Shown in pieces: positions 45,355 to 58,849 of a stretch of DNA of 64,000 nt. The notes beneath the pieces were generated by a model. That model did not search any database. It worked only from the letters and a program-made list of their open reading frames with translations, and had not been told where the DNA came from. The first letter of the stretch is position 1. Each line of letters starts with the position of its first letter. Source of the stretch: Camelus ferus. Its lineage: Eukaryota. Location of the stretch: NCBI RefSeq assembly GCF_009834535.1, contig NC_045705.1, positions 32,240,001 through 32,304,000 of the forward strand, written 5' to 3'. The position numbers and the translations under genes were made by a program.

Positions 45355-46794
45355 ATTTTGTCCAGGGATTTTTGATATGTTATTCTTTTTGCCCACTGGA
45401 GCACCATAGGTAAGTATTAATATAAGATTGAATTTGTGCTAAGTGAATTGATTTATGGCACAAGATAATTTTAATCAGTTTATCTTTTCAGAAAAAAAAT
45501 ATAGAGAAGTTAAGCTAGAATTTAAGCAAACTACAAAATATTTTCTTCTGTTGTTACTTGATAACCATTATCTTGATAAAATATCAAGTAATGAATCCAT
45601 GATCGGATAAATAGGAAACATTGTCATTGATGTAGAAATGGCAACTGGAAACAAGCATTGTAATGTTTTTCATTGGAACTAACATTTTGGAGAAATAACG
45701 TAACTGCTAGTGAGCTCCCTACTGGTCTACAAGAAGTAGCAACACAGACACCTGTGAGGAGCTCTCTATTATTCACTCACATTTCCTTCTTGGATCAAGT
45801 TGTAGACTTTTACAGGAAACAGGGTTGGAGTGCTGATACTTTTAGGAAATTAATTTGCAACACATGAAATCTTTTTCTCTTCTTAATGAATTTTTTCATT
45901 GAAAATATATTCAAAGAATCATGTTAGGCTCTGTTCTTCCAGATCTTAGTTATGTGTGATTATATTATGTGTGCATCCAACACTCACTGATTAATTCTTT
46001 TTGGACAGGAATGCTGCACTCTATGTCCTGAATCTGGAGTTACTTCAGGAACATATTGCTTAATTTCCTTTTGATATCCCAGATTCATTATTCATATGCT
46101 GTTTCTTTAGAACAAGCTTGGCTATTTCTCATCTGTCTCATTTGGATACAGTTATACTTTCCAAGTTTTCATCTACTACATGTTTTCCTTCTTTATTTTT
46201 TTAGATGGGTTTAATTAAAAATGAACTCTTATTGTCATTAATGCCATTAGTGGTAATAATTGTGTGCTTGCGTTATATAGGACTTCATATACATGCATTA
46301 TTTTCATCTTATTTCATTTTTTCTTACCAATAAAGTCAGATATTATATATTACATATTTATACACATAAAGATGTGTAAAAGATAAGTGCTTTTTCAATA
46401 ACAAGACATAGATTTTATGAAATTTATGAATCTTTCTGTTCAATTGTTAAAGCATATCTATTAAAATAACCACCACCCCCAAGAAATAAGGGGAAAACTA
46501 CGGTTTAAGTCTTTACCTTTATTTTGACATAAACATTTTTCTCTCTCTAAATCCAGTTTTAGTCATGTTGTTATATATTTAAAAAATAATTTTTGAAACT
46601 TTACTATGCAGTAGATGTTTTTTGAGGACTGAGGTGAAGCACTGAAAATATCAGCAAAACGTTGCTTTCCTTACGGTGTTTACTTAGACTCCAGAGAAGA
46701 AGAGTGATAGGGTTGCTGAAACATGGCCTCTGGAATTGGTGTGTGGAGTCTTTGATAAATAAGAAGAAAAAATGTATGAAGTTATGTTTTTGAG

Positions 46795-47751
46795 TCATAG
46801 CACAGACCATTTCAGTAGGAGTTTTCTCAGTGCCACCATAACTTCTTTGTTTCTCAGACAATATATTATGGGGTTGAACATTGGGGTGACGATGGTGTAA
46901 AAGAGAGAGAGAAATTTGTCCATTCCTATGGAATGACTGGACTTTGGTCTCATGTACGTAATGATGCCTGAACCGAAGAATAAAGCCACAACCATGAGGT
47001 GGGAAGAACAGGTAGAAAAGGCCTTGGCTCGCCCAGTTGCTGAAGGCAGCCTCAGGATGGTGGAGATTATGTTCACGTAAGATCCAAGAATCAGCATGAA
47101 CGGAACAGTGACCACTAGAATGGCAACCACATAAACCAGCATCTCAGTCGTAAACGTGTCCCCACAGGCAAGCTTGAGCACTGGAGGTATGTCACAGAAG
47201 AAGTGGTTCAGCTGGTTAGACGCGCAGAAGGGCAGAGAGAAGACCTGGGAGGTAAACCCTACGTGAACAGGGATCCCGCTCACCCAGCAGCCAGCTGCCA
47301 GTCGCACACACAGCCTGCTGTTCATGACCAAGGGGTAGAGTAACGGGTGGCAGATGGCAACGTACCTGTCATAAGCCATCGCAGTCAGAATAAAGCACTC
47401 CGTGGCTCCAAACACCAGAAAGAAATACATTTGGGTAGCACAGGCCAGGAAGGATATACTTCTATTTTGCTTACAGAGATCTACTAATAATCTGGGGACA
47501 GTGACTGATACATAGCATATTTCCAAGGAGGAGAAGTTCCCAAGGAAAAAATACATGGGGGTCTGAAGGGAAGGCTCAATCTTGATTATGACGATAATGA
47601 GGCTATTTCCCATCAGAATAATCAGGTAGATGATCAAAAACAGCCCAAAAAGAAATCCTTGGAGGTCGGGAACATCAGAGAAGCCCAGCAGGGTGAACTC
47701 CACCAGTGTCGTGTGGTTCCGCTGTGGGGGACTTTGTCCTCTGGATCCCAT
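46795..47751 (-). CDS. Olfactory receptor, family 10 (OR10AG/AK-related), intact (318 aa)
   Basis: NHT sequon, [48 protein letters not shown] and NPIIYCLRNKEV. Related to but clearly distinct from the two OR10AG1-like genes. Confidence 0.93.
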   Translation of the reverse strand: MGSRGQSPPQRNHTTLVEFTLLGFSDVPDLQGFLFGLFLIIYLIILMGNSLIIVIIKIEPSLQTPMYFFLGNFSSLEICYVSVTVPRLLVDLCKQNRSISFLACATQMYFFLVFGATECFILTAMAYDRYVAICHPLLYPLVMNSRLCVRLAAGCWVSGIPVHVGFTSQVFSLPFCASNQLNHFFCDIPPVLKLACGDTFTTEMLVYVVAILVVTVPFMLILGSYVNIISTILRLPSATGRAKAFSTCSSHLMVVALFFGSGIITYMRPKSSHSIGMDKFLSLFYTIVTPMFNPIIYCLRNKEVMVALRKLLLKWSVL

Positions 47752-48044
47752 CTATGCATAAAAGATTTAGAAGTCACTTCAACTTGCTGCGCCCAGCAGC
47801 AAAATGGGACATAATAAATCAATGATTTCCAATCCATTGAGATAAGATAGATATCCACATTTTTTTCATTTATTTGTTTTGTATTTTTGGTAATATATTT
47901 GAAACCCAATTCTCTAAAATTCCACACCATAAAAGCAGAATGTAATCTTAAGCTCTATTTATTCTGCTCATATTAAAGGTGATGGATGTTTAAATGAACA
48001 CAGCAGAACAAACAACAGTAAAATAAGAGCAAAACACGGGAGGT

Positions 48045-48240
48045 AGCTTACTGTGAGGATGAGAACTAATCTGGGTAACAAGACGTTCTCAATGTTTCTC
48101 ATTCCTGATAAATTCAGTCTCTATTTGCTTTTTATTTGTATTTTTTTTCTGCTTAGCACCTTCTAATTTATCATCTCTATGTGATCCTTTCACCCTTGAT
48201 TTGACGTCTCCCCTGGAAGCTGCATCTCAGGGAACCAAAG
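48045..48240 (-). promoter_or_regulatory. Putative 5' exon/promoter of the 46795-47751 OR
   Basis: Minus-strand donor CA|GTAAGC at 48051-48050. O/E-like TCCCCTGGAA (48209-48218) and TCTCAGGGAA (48225-48234). Candidate acceptor TAG sits directly before the ATG. No paralog is available here to confirm conservation. Confidence 0.35.
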
Positions 48241-50297
48241 GGCAGGGTGGTCAGTAAGATTCAGCTGCCAAGCCAAGCTCAGGACAACCTGGACCACTCA
48301 CTGTGTGGAAGAGACTTAGACACCGATCAGAAAAATAAAAAGGGCTTCCCTGCCTCCATCATAGAAAAATGTTCCATGTAGCATATATAGAAATTTACAT
48401 TAGAAATAAAACACCTAAGCAAGTCATATATTTAGAAATTTCGAATAGGAAATAATTTGAATAAGAATTATCATAATATTTCTCACCCCTACCATGGCCC
48501 TCAATAATCTTAAGAAGCTATACACTTATTTATCAAATTTTAGGACTTTAGGAGTATTTAAATGAGTTTACAGACTTTACGGGGTAATTAAATAAGAAAA
48601 AGGGAAATAAAAATGTGTAAGAGAATGTGATCTCAGAGTTCACACAACTGACACCAGATAAAATGTAAGACTTACATTTCCATAGGTTTTTTACCTTTAA
48701 ACATGAATTTCTGAGTATATGTTATATTAGGCATATATAATACATTGTGAATGTGTGATATATATATTCTAAACATCTGTATGTGAATAACTATCCGAAA
48801 GTGCAGTGTTAAATGTAGTGTAGCCTTAATCACATCAGTTCCTTCAATAATTAAGCATTTTTGGACCAAACAAGTTTAGTCTTTCTTCCACCATACTGGT
48901 TCCTAGACATCACTTACTGTGATTTCCATCCAGCCATTAACGGTAAACTATGACCTTTTTAACAGATTGCCACGTATTCCTAAACCCACATTGTCATAAA
49001 TGTCCTACTTTGTCCTTCATTTCCCACATCCTTCACGTCCTGCAGAATACAACCCCCCTCTCTTCTTTGAAGCCCCCCCAGTTCCCCTTCCTTCTCACAA
49101 AAACGAAACAGCTGAAACACTTAATTTCTACTTTAAGTTTCCTAGCTCTCACTGATCTCAAACTCCTCCCTTCTTCTTTCAGTGAATTCTCTTTAATTCA
49201 CTGTCTAAATTTTCACAGCACACGCTAAAGGCAAAAACTCCCTCCTGACCCACCCCCGCTTGCAGCTCAGAAATGTCAAGAGAAGGGACCAAGGACCTGA
49301 GACGTTTGGGTTCAAATAATACGTGGCTCCAACACAGACGTGGTGTGCGCCTCTAAGTCTTCTCTGGTGATCTCTAGAGATCCTTGTGTATTCTGGTCTC
49401 TTCTCTCTCTCTTTTTTTTCCTCTTCTTTTCACATTTTGGTAGTTACCTTTGCATTTTATATCTTCTCAATTTTAAGATGCTATGTCTATATCTATATCT
49501 ATATATGTGTATATGCTTTATTTTTCTTCAGAACTTACATGTTATGAAAACCAACTGGAGAAAAGGGGAATTCAATGTTCAGTGACAGAAGTTTGAATGC
49601 ACATATCAGGCAGTAAATCAATGTATATTCTATCATATATTTTGTAGTTTATGATGGATAAATACTACATGTGTGTTAAATAAAAAGTGTACTAAATACT
49701 ATGGACATTAATGATAAATAAATGAGTCGGTTTCCATGATTACAGAGCTCAGAGATAAGTGGTGACGGGTGATGACTTCAGACAGGTGAGTCACGTCGTA
49801 GCCTAGAATGTGCAGCGTCTATGCAGAGAGAACCATAAAGTGCTATCGGAGTGGCAGATAATTACTCAAGGAAGTGGTAATTAATCTAAGGGTACCACAG
49901 AATTACTCTGTTATTTTTACTTCTTTTTAGAAAAGATAATACAACGTTTTCTAGGAAAAAAAAATACCCTCATATACTTACTCAGTTTTATATACCAAAG
50001 ACTAGCCAGGTGCTTACATGGGGGCGTGGCTTATGAGTATTTCCTGACAGGTCACTTCATCAAGGTAGATTTTCCACTAATCTCAACAATTATGTTCCAT
50101 TTAACTTGATTCAAGTACTCACTGACCAAAAATCTTGACACTGAGTGACTTAAAATGAAAACTAGATATGTCCTTATTTAAATTATCAGAGCTTAATTTT
50201 GCTTATTTGAAAATATATGCAGTAACAAGATGTAACGCAGGGAGCTGTTTTGAGAAGTAGCACCATCTATGTTAACTGCTTGATTTAAAATAGGTGG

Positions 50298-50826
50298 TTG
50301 TATAAATACACCCCAACTTCTTTATCCAGTCAGCACTACTGAGCCATAAAGTAAGAGTAAAATCTCGCCATTTTACAGCGTCATGGATGGACCTGGAGAT
50401 TGTCATTCTAAGTGAAGAAAACCAGAAAGAGAAAGAAAATTGCCATATGAAATCACTCATATGTGGAATCAAAAAAAAAAAAAAAAAAAGACACTCATGA
50501 ACTTATTTACAGAAAAGAAACAGACTCACAGACATAGAAAATGGTTACGGTGGTGGGGGAAGGGGGTGGGAAGAGATGAATTGGGGTCTGAGATTTGCAG
50601 ATACTAGCTACTACATATAAAATAGATAAACAAGAAGTTTCTTCTATATAGCACAAGGAACTATATTCAGTATCTTGCAGTAACCTATAATGACAAAGAA
50701 TATGAAAACAAATATATGTATGTATATGTATGAGTGAAACATTATGCTGTATTCCAGAAATTGACACAACATTGTAAACTGACTATACTTCAATTTAAAA
50801 AATAAATTTAAAAAAGAAAAAAAAAA
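50298..50826 (+). mobile_element. L1 3' end with 5' inversion (twin priming)
   Basis: Sense L1 tail (catggatggacctggagattgtcattctaagtgaag...gactatacttcaatt + poly(A)) preceded by ~39 bp of antisense upstream L1 sequence. Confidence 0.9.
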
Positions 50827-51434
50827 CAGATCTTGTAGCTCTATAAGGCGTTCTCATTATGATCATTATCCTACTGATAGTGTTTTAACAGATATCTTTT
50901 TTTTTTCTCTTTTGGAACTTTGCTGTCTTTTATCCTGTTCTGAAGTAGCCTTTTCTTAATCTAGGAGAGGGAAGAACGTAGAGGGTAGCATTTGGTCAGA
51001 ATGCTGAGCTAAATTTAGGAGACCTCTTTATGCTGGTGGGTTTCAACCAGCAGCAAAATCTAGGGGGGAAACGCTTTAAGTTACTGGGCTTTTAGTTTTC
51101 AATTTTCTTTTTTTTCTGTCTCATTTGTGCCAGTCTCTTATAGTTGTACTTTGAACGCATAAGACAAATAGACTCTATGATAGAAATGCAAGCGAAACGA
51201 AAGCCTGTTTAATGTCTGACAGCTTCCCCGGAGATGACCTTTTTAGATTATTTTCATTTCTGGTTGCTCTACTTCCACCATTAACAAGTAATGGGACTTT
51301 CACGGTTCCAACATGAGAACTTAAGTTCCTCCTTTTGCAATTTCTCTTTTTTAGCAGAAACTAGCGTAGCTACGGAGAATAAAAGAGTTCTGATTATTTG
51401 AAACTGCTTTTTTACTGTTAACAATGTTTAAACA

Positions 51435-51640
51435 TATTATGTGCTACCTGTGTTAATGATTTTACCCATATGGTCACATTCATTGCATTCTGAATGAAGT
51501 AGGTACTGTTATTATTCACATTTTCATAAAGAACCAGAGGCATAGAGAGGTTAAGTAATCTGCCCAGTGTCAAGAAGGTAGTATGTGACTTTGGTGACTT
51601 CAGACTCAGCAGTGTAATGCCAGCGTCCATGTTCTTAATC
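51435..51640. mobile_element. MIR SINE
   Basis: gtaggtactgttattattcacatttt...gaggcatagagaggttaagtaatctgccca is MIR core. Confidence 0.7.
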
Positions 51641-53409
51641 AAAACTCAGCGGGCTTCATAGAACATTTAATTGGAATTATTATTTTGAACTTAATGTTCT
51701 GAATAATAGAAATAAAACCAAGTATTATAAAACTTTTCACAACAGCAAGTTGATTTCATGCCCATTGAATATTTTATTTACTGTTATAAAAGTGAATGAC
51801 TGATTACGTATAGTTATAGTTTGTATATTTCAAGTTCAGAAGATGTATCTCATAAAAGAATCATATTAGAAGAAAGTCATTTTTATGTCTTTTGATTTTT
51901 GAGTTAACACACTATAATAAAATAACTGGGGTAAAATTATAACTGCTTACCTTTTTCTTTTATGGAGAAATCACTATGTGCTGCTCTTTGACAGAAAATA
52001 TATATAATATATTTTATAATGTAAATGTCTGGTTTAAATTATTCAAGTGACATATTCAGTCATTCTTATATTTCCTTGACACCCATACTTAACTTAAATG
52101 AATCAGTGCACCTTACGTAGAAAATACCCCATATTCATTGTAGAGACATCGTCTCTCCCTGACATGCTGTACTTTTAAACTCAACAAAATGTCTATCAAG
52201 TGGGAACTCAGAAAATAGCCCTGGCTGTCCCTGGCTGGGTTAGTGCTGCACTGAAGTTTCTCCCTCTGTGGAATATGGTCTGAGGAGCGCTGGCCCCCTG
52301 GCCACTCCTCTTCACCAGTCTCCCCATCCTCTCCACCTCTGGAGACCAGAGCAATTCTCTTACTGGGAAGGGCTGCACACGACACTCACAGTCTTAAAGT
52401 TGATGCATAACTACATATGCCAACAATGGCTACTGCATTTGAAATGATTAAAATACTATCTTTAACCTCAAAGAATGTAACTTGAAAATTATCTATCTGG
52501 TGTTCCTGCTTCCTCTAGCTTGTTTATGAGTTAAAGTCCTCTGTTCACACCATGTCTAGAATTTACCTTTAGTTATAGGTACATACATAAGAAGAAAATG
52601 AATTTGAACAAGACGAGACAGTACACTAAGTTTGAAGTTTTCTATATCAAGTAGGTCAGGATGGAAAAGTGACATCCGGGCGTTAAAGCTAATTAGAGAA
52701 TATAGTGCAAATTTTTATTGTTGCTATGAATCTTTGGTGAGCTATGTAATTAATTAATGCATTCAGTCTTTCTCAATTTATTTACTGAAATATTCAGTAA
52801 ATCTGGCCACATCAAGTGCTGTGACGTGCTCTTCAGGGAGCACAGAAAACTTTGTATCCTATGAATCGGTCACAATGCGTGACTGCCAAGCACCTGTTCA
52901 CCTCTTAGCTGGGGCTGGTAAGTCACATTCTATGAGAAGGAGCCCATAACCCACTATCCTGCCAGCAAAGTCAATGTGGCTTTTTTTTTTTTTTTTTTTT
53001 TTTGCTATAACGCTCTTGTATTTAACTTCTAGCTTGACTTTCATTATGTCATGTTTTACAATATATTCCGTAATCTGACTTTCTCTCTCGTCATAAATTA
53101 CTTGACTCTAGTGCGTTTGTCTTATTTACTTATGCATATTCGGCTCCAAGCATGGCGCCATCTATGTAGAACACTTTGGGGCTTTTTAGGGACTCAGGAG
53201 ATTACACCTGTGTCATTGAATCTTTCCAAATCAGTAGCCTTATCTACTGCGTTATCTTCTACTGCTGATAATGAATAAAATGTCTGAAAGATGGTATGAA
53301 ATAAGAACACGATACACTTAAATGCAAGGCAGAGAGCTTGAAAGTAGGGAGACCAGCTAGCATGTGGTTGTGGTCACAGGATTTCAGTAGAGATTGTGCC
53401 CAAATATAT

Positions 53410-54597
53410 TCTTTTTTGTTAATTTTAAATATAGTAGATTTATAATTTTATATTAATTTTATGTATACAACATAATAATTTGATACTTTTATAGATTACA
53501 CTCCATACAAAGTTTTTATAAAATATTGACTACATTCCCAGTGCTGTACATTACATCTTTGTCACTTTTGAAATTTTGTAACTATTAGTTTGATCCTCTT
53601 AATCCCATACCCCTAGCTTGCCCCACTCCACACCCCTTTCCCCATCTTGTAACCACTCATTTGTTCTCTGTATCTCTGAGTCTATTTCTGTTTTGTTGTA
53701 TTTGTTCATTTGTTTGAATTTTTAGATTTCAGATGTAAAACAAAACACATAACGTTTCTCTTTCTCTGGCTGATTTATTTCATTAAGTATAATATCTGCC
53801 CCAGGTCCATCTATGTCATTGCAAATGGCAAAATTTCATTGTCTTTTATAGCTGAATAATATTCCATTATATATATGTGTGTATATTTTACCATTTATTT
53901 TTATCCATTCATATGTTGATGGACACTTAGTTTGCTTTCTTTGGAAAAAATGTCTATTCAAGTCTTGCCAAATTTTAATCTTTTTTAATTTATTTTTTTG
54001 CTATTGAGTTTTATGACATACTTTGGATATTAGCTACTTATAGGATTTATGGTTTGAGAATATATATTTCCCATTTATAGGTAGCCTTTTAATTTTTTTG
54101 ATTGTTTCCTTTGTTGTGCAGAAGATTTTTACTTTGATGCAGTTGCAGTTGTTTACTTGTGCTTTTTTGCTTGTATTTTTGGTTCAGATCCAATAAATCA
54201 TTGCCAAGACCAGTGCCAAGAAATTCTCCCCTTATAATTACTTCTAAGTGTTTAATGGTTTCAGGCAGTGTACTTAATTAATTTAAGTTGATTTTTGTGT
54301 ATGCTGTAAGATCGGTGTCTGATTTCATTCTTTTGTATGTGGATATACAATTTTCCCAGTCCTATTTATTAAAAAGCTGTCCTTTCCCCATTGAGTGTTC
54401 TTGGCTCCCTTGTCAAATATTAGTTGATGGCATGTGTGTATGTTTATTTCTGGGCTCTCGAATCAGTTCCGTTTGTCTATATGCTGATGTGTATGTGAGT
54501 ACCATACTGTATCAATCATTGCAGCTTTGCAATATAGATCAAAATCAAGAAGTGTGATGCCTCCAGATTTGCTCTTCTTGCTTGAAATTTCTTAGCT
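53410..54597 (-). mobile_element. L1 3' UTR/ORF2 fragment, specific to unit B
   Basis: Antisense L1 text (gctgaataatattccatt, ttgccaagaccagtg, gtaccatactgt, gtgtgatgcctccag). Confidence 0.85.
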
Positions 54598-57500
54598 GTA
54601 ATGGTGTTTTACATTGCTTAATGCAGAATTAAGCCCAATGTAGTTGGATGTAAATTACTGCACAGCTTGTAAATTACAGCTCTCAAAATAAGCAGCGTCA
54701 TGCAGCACACCCTTGCTGGTGGTGGGCTGTTTCTCTCTTTGCAGATCCATCTGTGCAACGTCAAAACTCAATCTGCATCCAACAAGGGGTGGGTTTAGTC
54801 AGCCCATAAAGATCCCTGACAGGGGCAATGCTGTCATTGACAAAGAAGATGAAGAGAAGGGAATCACGAACTACACTTTAAATAAAAGAAAATGAAATTG
54901 AGAAAGGGACAGACCCCAAGATGTCTGAGAGATGTGTGCAGGAAACAATCTGTGGTACAAAATCTGATCTCAGTGACTCACACATTAGTAATAAGGCTCT
55001 CTCCTGCAGGCCAGTGTCTTTAAAATCCCATGTTTGATTTTATTCCTCACATCAAATTTACCATGCTTCTTTGAACAGAACAACAGTAAATAGTTACTTC
55101 ATATGAGTTTCATTTGAAGTTATTGGCCTTCTCATTGGGGAAAATGTAGTAAGTATGCATTTTTCAAGGAAAAGGTTAAAATTAAGAAATAGGAAAACAA
55201 CACAGTAGTAGTTTTACTTTGGGGAAAAAATCACTGGCAATGGACCAATTTAAAATTAAAACTTGCTTCTTGTCACTCTGCTTCTGACTCTGGTAGCACT
55301 GTTCTATGAGCCTAAGTTAGTTGTCTGTTGGGCTCTACGATTGGAGGATAAAGTTATGTCACTACTCACAGCCATAGAAATGTCTTCAGCATTTGCTCTT
55401 TAAATGTTTTGTTTCTTCCTTTTGACTAACTCTCACCAAGCCCTCCTCTGTAACATGTGATTTGGGCACCATAGTCTATGACATGTAAAATAAAACCTCA
55501 GCTTGTACTGCACATGTTTTCAGTGATGCTTATTCTGTTTTGCAGCTTAGTAAACTTTGTGCTTCCGTACTCTCTCCAAGCATGTATGTTCTTTTCATCA
55601 TGCTGTTTTCTCTTACTAGTGTGTTAATGAATCAGACACACACTCAACACAAACATGGCTCATGAATTATATTTTATAAGTTTATTTGTTTTACAGCACA
55701 AGGTTAAAATGATCATGCAATTTCAAGAGGTTGAGGACTTGGAACCGAATTCTGAAAGTTGGAGTTTGATGTAGATCTTCAACAGTGTGACCTCCTGTTG
55801 CAAAACCTTGGAATTCTGTGGCCAAGGTTCATCACCTCCCTCTTTAGTAACACATGTAGGGGTAATAATTTTTATTAAGTGACTGAAACATTCCAAAGAC
55901 CATTCTGAGATTTAAGGATGAAACATAGGTATATGCAAAGTTTTCACAGTAGGATGAAAAATCACAAAACTTAAAGGGATCCTAAAAGATAGTTCATATC
56001 AATTTCTCAGCCAAAGCAGTAAATTATATATAAGTTTAGCAGCAAATGACCACATTTTTGCTTTCTGAAGCCATACATTCTATGAGATACATTTCATACA
56101 TTTTCTATAAAACTATCTTGAAATTATTTCTATAAACCTATGTGTTTCAATAAATCTATATATTTTGTTCTCTGTATGTTCCTTTTCTACAGATTGTGTA
56201 TTCTTTAATCAACTACTTTATATTTGAGTTTTTCCCATACACCTGACTGTTTGGGTTTTACTTTCTTGACATAATATTGTTTAGCTCTGTCCACTGAGAC
56301 ATAATTATGAGTTAATACACTATGTTTGATTTATTTGAGCAGTGTGAAGTAAAATGGTATTATTGCTCACTTAATCTCACAGCTACCTTTTACCTAACTT
56401 TGTTTACAAAATGTAAAACTTCCCACTTTAATAGACAGAATTATTTTTGTGCATGTTAGTTTCTATTTAACTAACTAAATAAAGATGTTTATACATTAAC
56501 ATAAAACTGTTTCCTCATTAGACCTAAATGCAGAGCTCTATATATTAGTAATATACCATTTTTCGTAGTTGATTTGGATCCTTGTGATTCTTGAATATTG
56601 ACTCTTTCATTCTTCCAACTTGTTTGCTACTTTTCCAACTTTTTGACATGCACAGATTTTGTAAGTCAGTCTCTGATCTCACCAAATCGCTGATGGATAT
56701 TGACAAAAACAGAGCATAAAGGCAGGTATTTCAAACTTCCTTAATTAGTTTTAATAAATAAACTGTTCAAAAAACCTTGACTAGGCAAAGCGTTGACTGA
56801 TAACTGTATATTTGTGGAAGGTGGTAACATTAAACATTTAGCTGAAATAAAAGACTAGGAACATTAGGAAAAAAGAAAGCAATTCAGGTAGCAAAGAGGC
56901 AAAAGGAACATGACATTCATAAGGAACGGTGTAATAAATACTGTCAGATTCTAAAGAAAGAAGAGAATGATAAAATCAAAGTCAGTACAACAACTAGAAA
57001 TCTCAATGCTTTTGCAACTTAAATTTTTTGATTTAAAGGAAATAAAGAATATTTTGAACATGTTTTTACATAAACACTTTGAAAAATAAGCAAGGAAATA
57101 TGATTATTTAAAAATACATTTATAAGCAATTATAGGTTAAATAATCTCTATTACATAAGTACATATACAATGGATTGAAATTAACCAAGTTCATTAAGTG
57201 ATATAGTTCACAAAGTTGGAAATATTTGTAGGCTTTGTAAATGTGAGTAATTAAACGTACGAGAGTAGAATTAGAGATCAGATAACAGGGCTCAAAAAAT
57301 GGTTGTCTAAAACCCGAATCTCAGAATAATTGGATTTAATCTCCCAAACATTGTTTCTGTTCCTAAGTGTTACTAGAAGTTAAAGCACACAATGGAAGGA
57401 ATAGAATATTAGTACTTACTACTGAAATATCTTGGTTTTGTACTTGATTCCACTAAATACCCAGGACAGGGAAAGCAGAAAGAGTCCAGCCAACGAGCAG

Positions 57501-58849
57501 CCTGCTTGCTGGTGGGGGGGAAGGCAGGTAAATCATCTCTGAGAACAGCCTGATCAGTCTGCCGCAGGGCCTCCAGGGCCAGATAGCCAACTAGACCTGT
57601 GGGCTGAGAGCATGGCCCAGGGGCACACAGGTAACACGAATGACTTCATGACCATTCCTCTGCCCAGGGTCAACTACATGGAACACTGAGGGTAATGGAT
57701 GATAGGGCTAGATGACTTCTTGTGACAGGTCATAAGGAAGCTCTGCTTTGCAACAGCACAGATGACCCAAACATCACAGCTTCTTTCATGTGTAACTTGA
57801 GCAGCAAGTGCAAGGGAAGGACCATGGGGCAGTTCTTCCCAAAAACTAAGTGTGCGCTGTCTCTTTGGCAAGCCCTGGTCCCCACTCAAGTTTCCTCCAG
57901 GGTTCTACTAAGCCAGCTCCCTATCTACCTCCACATTAATGCTTAGCTTTAACATTAAGATACACATTAATCGATTATTATTGTCAATTGATAAGATTTC
58001 TGTAAGCAGTAAATCCATGAGTCTATTGTGAAGAATATGTGTCAGATTCATCCATTAAACATTGATCCATCTGCTTTGGAACTACGCACTGATTCAACTC
58101 TGCAGGAGCTGAATGTCTGTGCATGTGGCTTTGTGCGGCTGTGTGAGTCTGGGCGACATAAGGTGAGAGAAGAATGGGGAATTTTCAAGAAGAAAAGAAG
58201 AGAGGGGAAGGAGGGCTATTGTAATTGGTGCATTCTAACCAGACAGCGGTTTTCTTGACAGCTTATGTTTGTACAAATTCACACGTATTATTTAATAAAT
58301 TTACATGGGTAGGAAGGGCAGATAAAGAAAACAAAAGGTATGGTGTTTACAGTTGCAATTAAAAGTATGTTCCTGAAATGTGATTCACATATCTCCCCAG
58401 GAAACAAGTCAATAAATTAAAATGGAAAACTATATTAACTTTAAAACATTCTAGACATAGGTGATCTAGCTCAATCTCTTAAATCGTGAGTGATGAAAAA
58501 GAAGGCATAAAGAAAAAATATATGGACAATTACAGATCCTTCGTATGGCTCCAGCCATGTGATGCTGTGATTTTATCTCTAAATACTTAATCCTTTTCTT
58601 CTTTAACCAAGTTTCCATTACAGATAAGTTCTATTTTTGAGAACCTGATGGAAATAGAGAATGATTAGAAGACAGTTCCATAGTTTTATATAAGTTTGGT
58701 AAGTTAGTTTAAACCCAGTTGGAAATATGTACTTGAGTATTAATAGAACGTGATTACTTAGAAAATAATCTGATGAAAAATCATAAGCTTGTACCAGCAT
58801 TTGAAAATGTATTAAATATCCTATTGGGTTCAGAACATTAACCCAACAA

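Noticed and set aside
52190-52400. GC-richer patch near the unit B breakpoint
   Set aside because: No ORF, motif, termini or homology that I can support; too little to call.
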